From contig CAYLZO010000002.1 of the NCBI GenBank assembly GCA_964387775.1, forward strand, positions 8,003 to 72,002: 64,000 nt of DNA, read 5' to 3'. The notes under the pieces are model-generated. The model was not told the origin of the DNA. It saw only the letters and a list, made by a program, of their open reading frames with translations, and made no database searches. This document shows positions 63,623-64,000 of the stretch, piece after piece. Each line of letters begins with the position of its first letter. The stretch's first letter is position 1. Origin of the DNA: an uncultured Anaerolineaceae bacterium (GTDB taxonomy: Bacteria; Chloroflexota; Anaerolineae; JAAYZQ01). Made by a program: the position numbers and the translations under genes.

Positions 63623-64000
63623 TTGAATGCATTAGCGCATAGTATTGCCGACAAATCGGCCCGGATCGCCGTCATCGGCCTGGGCTACGTGGGCCTGCCG
63701 CTGGCCGTGGGCTTTGCCAAGGCCGGCTATACGGTCCTCGGCCTCGACGTGGACGGGCGAAAGCTGGAGGCGCTGCACGAGGGCCGCAGCTACATCCCCG
63801 ACGCGGACACCGCCGACGTGGCAGCGACGGTCCGCGAGGGCCTGCTGTCGGCCAGCGACGACTACGACCGGCTATCCGAGAGCGAGGCCATCTTTATCTG
63901 TGTGCCGACGCCCTTTGACGCCATGAAGGCCCCCGACCTGAGCTACGTCGAGGAGTCGGCGCGGGGCATCGCCTCGCGGCTGCGGGCCGGGCAGTTGATC
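63623..64000 (+). CDS. UDP-sugar (UDP-glucose/GDP-mannose family) dehydrogenase, N-terminal part (3' end outside the window)
   Basis: This frame is absent from the ORF track because no stop falls inside the window. It reads (TTG)NALAHSIADKSARIAVIGLGYVGLPLAVGFAKAGYTVLGLDVDGRKLEALHEGRSYIPD, the classic NAD-binding N-terminus. A GAGGG RBS lies upstream. Confidence 0.8.
   Translation, partial: MNALAHSIADKSARIAVIGLGYVGLPLAVGFAKAGYTVLGLDVDGRKLEALHEGRSYIPDADTADVAATVREGLLSASDDYDRLSESEAIFICVPTPFDAMKAPDLSYVEESARGIASRLRAGQLI

Noticed and set aside
63645-63926. 93-aa ORF listed in the track over the start of the sugar dehydrogenase.
   Set aside because: It is the wrong frame (Pro/Arg/Trp-rich). The frame starting at 63623 reads the canonical IAVIGLGYVGLPLAVGFA NAD-binding motif and stays open to the window end.

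Overview
This is a high-GC bacterial window. Gene content (many GAF sensors, Uma2, DUF4388, DUF3048) suggests a Chloroflexota-like organism, but that is inference only. It has three parts.

(1) nt 650-37310: 26 protein genes plus a tRNA-Sec, all on the minus strand, almost all signalling.
- A consensus-like promoter at 37282-37310 precedes a DUF4388/wHTH - small GTPase - Roadblock switch.
- Next is a cassette of alpha/beta hydrolase, V4R, LbH and an acyl-ACP-reductase-like enzyme, then a REC-GGDEF protein with a GGDDF motif.
- Three histidine kinases follow, one of 2972 aa with 13 GAF domains.
- A complete stressosome operon follows: five RsbR paralogues, RsbS, RsbT and RsbX, then a CheY-like receiver and a second alpha/beta hydrolase.
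- Then come selC, a Wzy-like membrane protein, and an RsbV/RsbW/PP2C partner switch. No sigma factor gene is present.

(2) nt 37.4-42 kb, plus strand, housekeeping genes: DUF3048 lipoprotein, YjbQ, a hypothetical protein, an M24 peptidase and a Uma2 endonuclease.

(3) nt 42.1-64 kb: a Wzx/Wzy-type polysaccharide cluster.
- It has fcl, a flippase, five glycosyltransferases, a WecA-like initiating transferase, a sugar dehydrogenase and a Wzy-TPR-cyclophilin fusion.
- It carries seven sulfotransferase-family genes, so a sulfated glycan is predicted.
- It includes a roughly 4.4-kb low-GC island and an inserted MNT/HEPN toxin-antitoxin pair.

Other features are a small palindromic repeat family with two copies, several TGnTAYAAT-type promoters, and a perfect bidirectional terminator palindrome. 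All domain calls come from reading motifs in the supplied translations; no database search was run.
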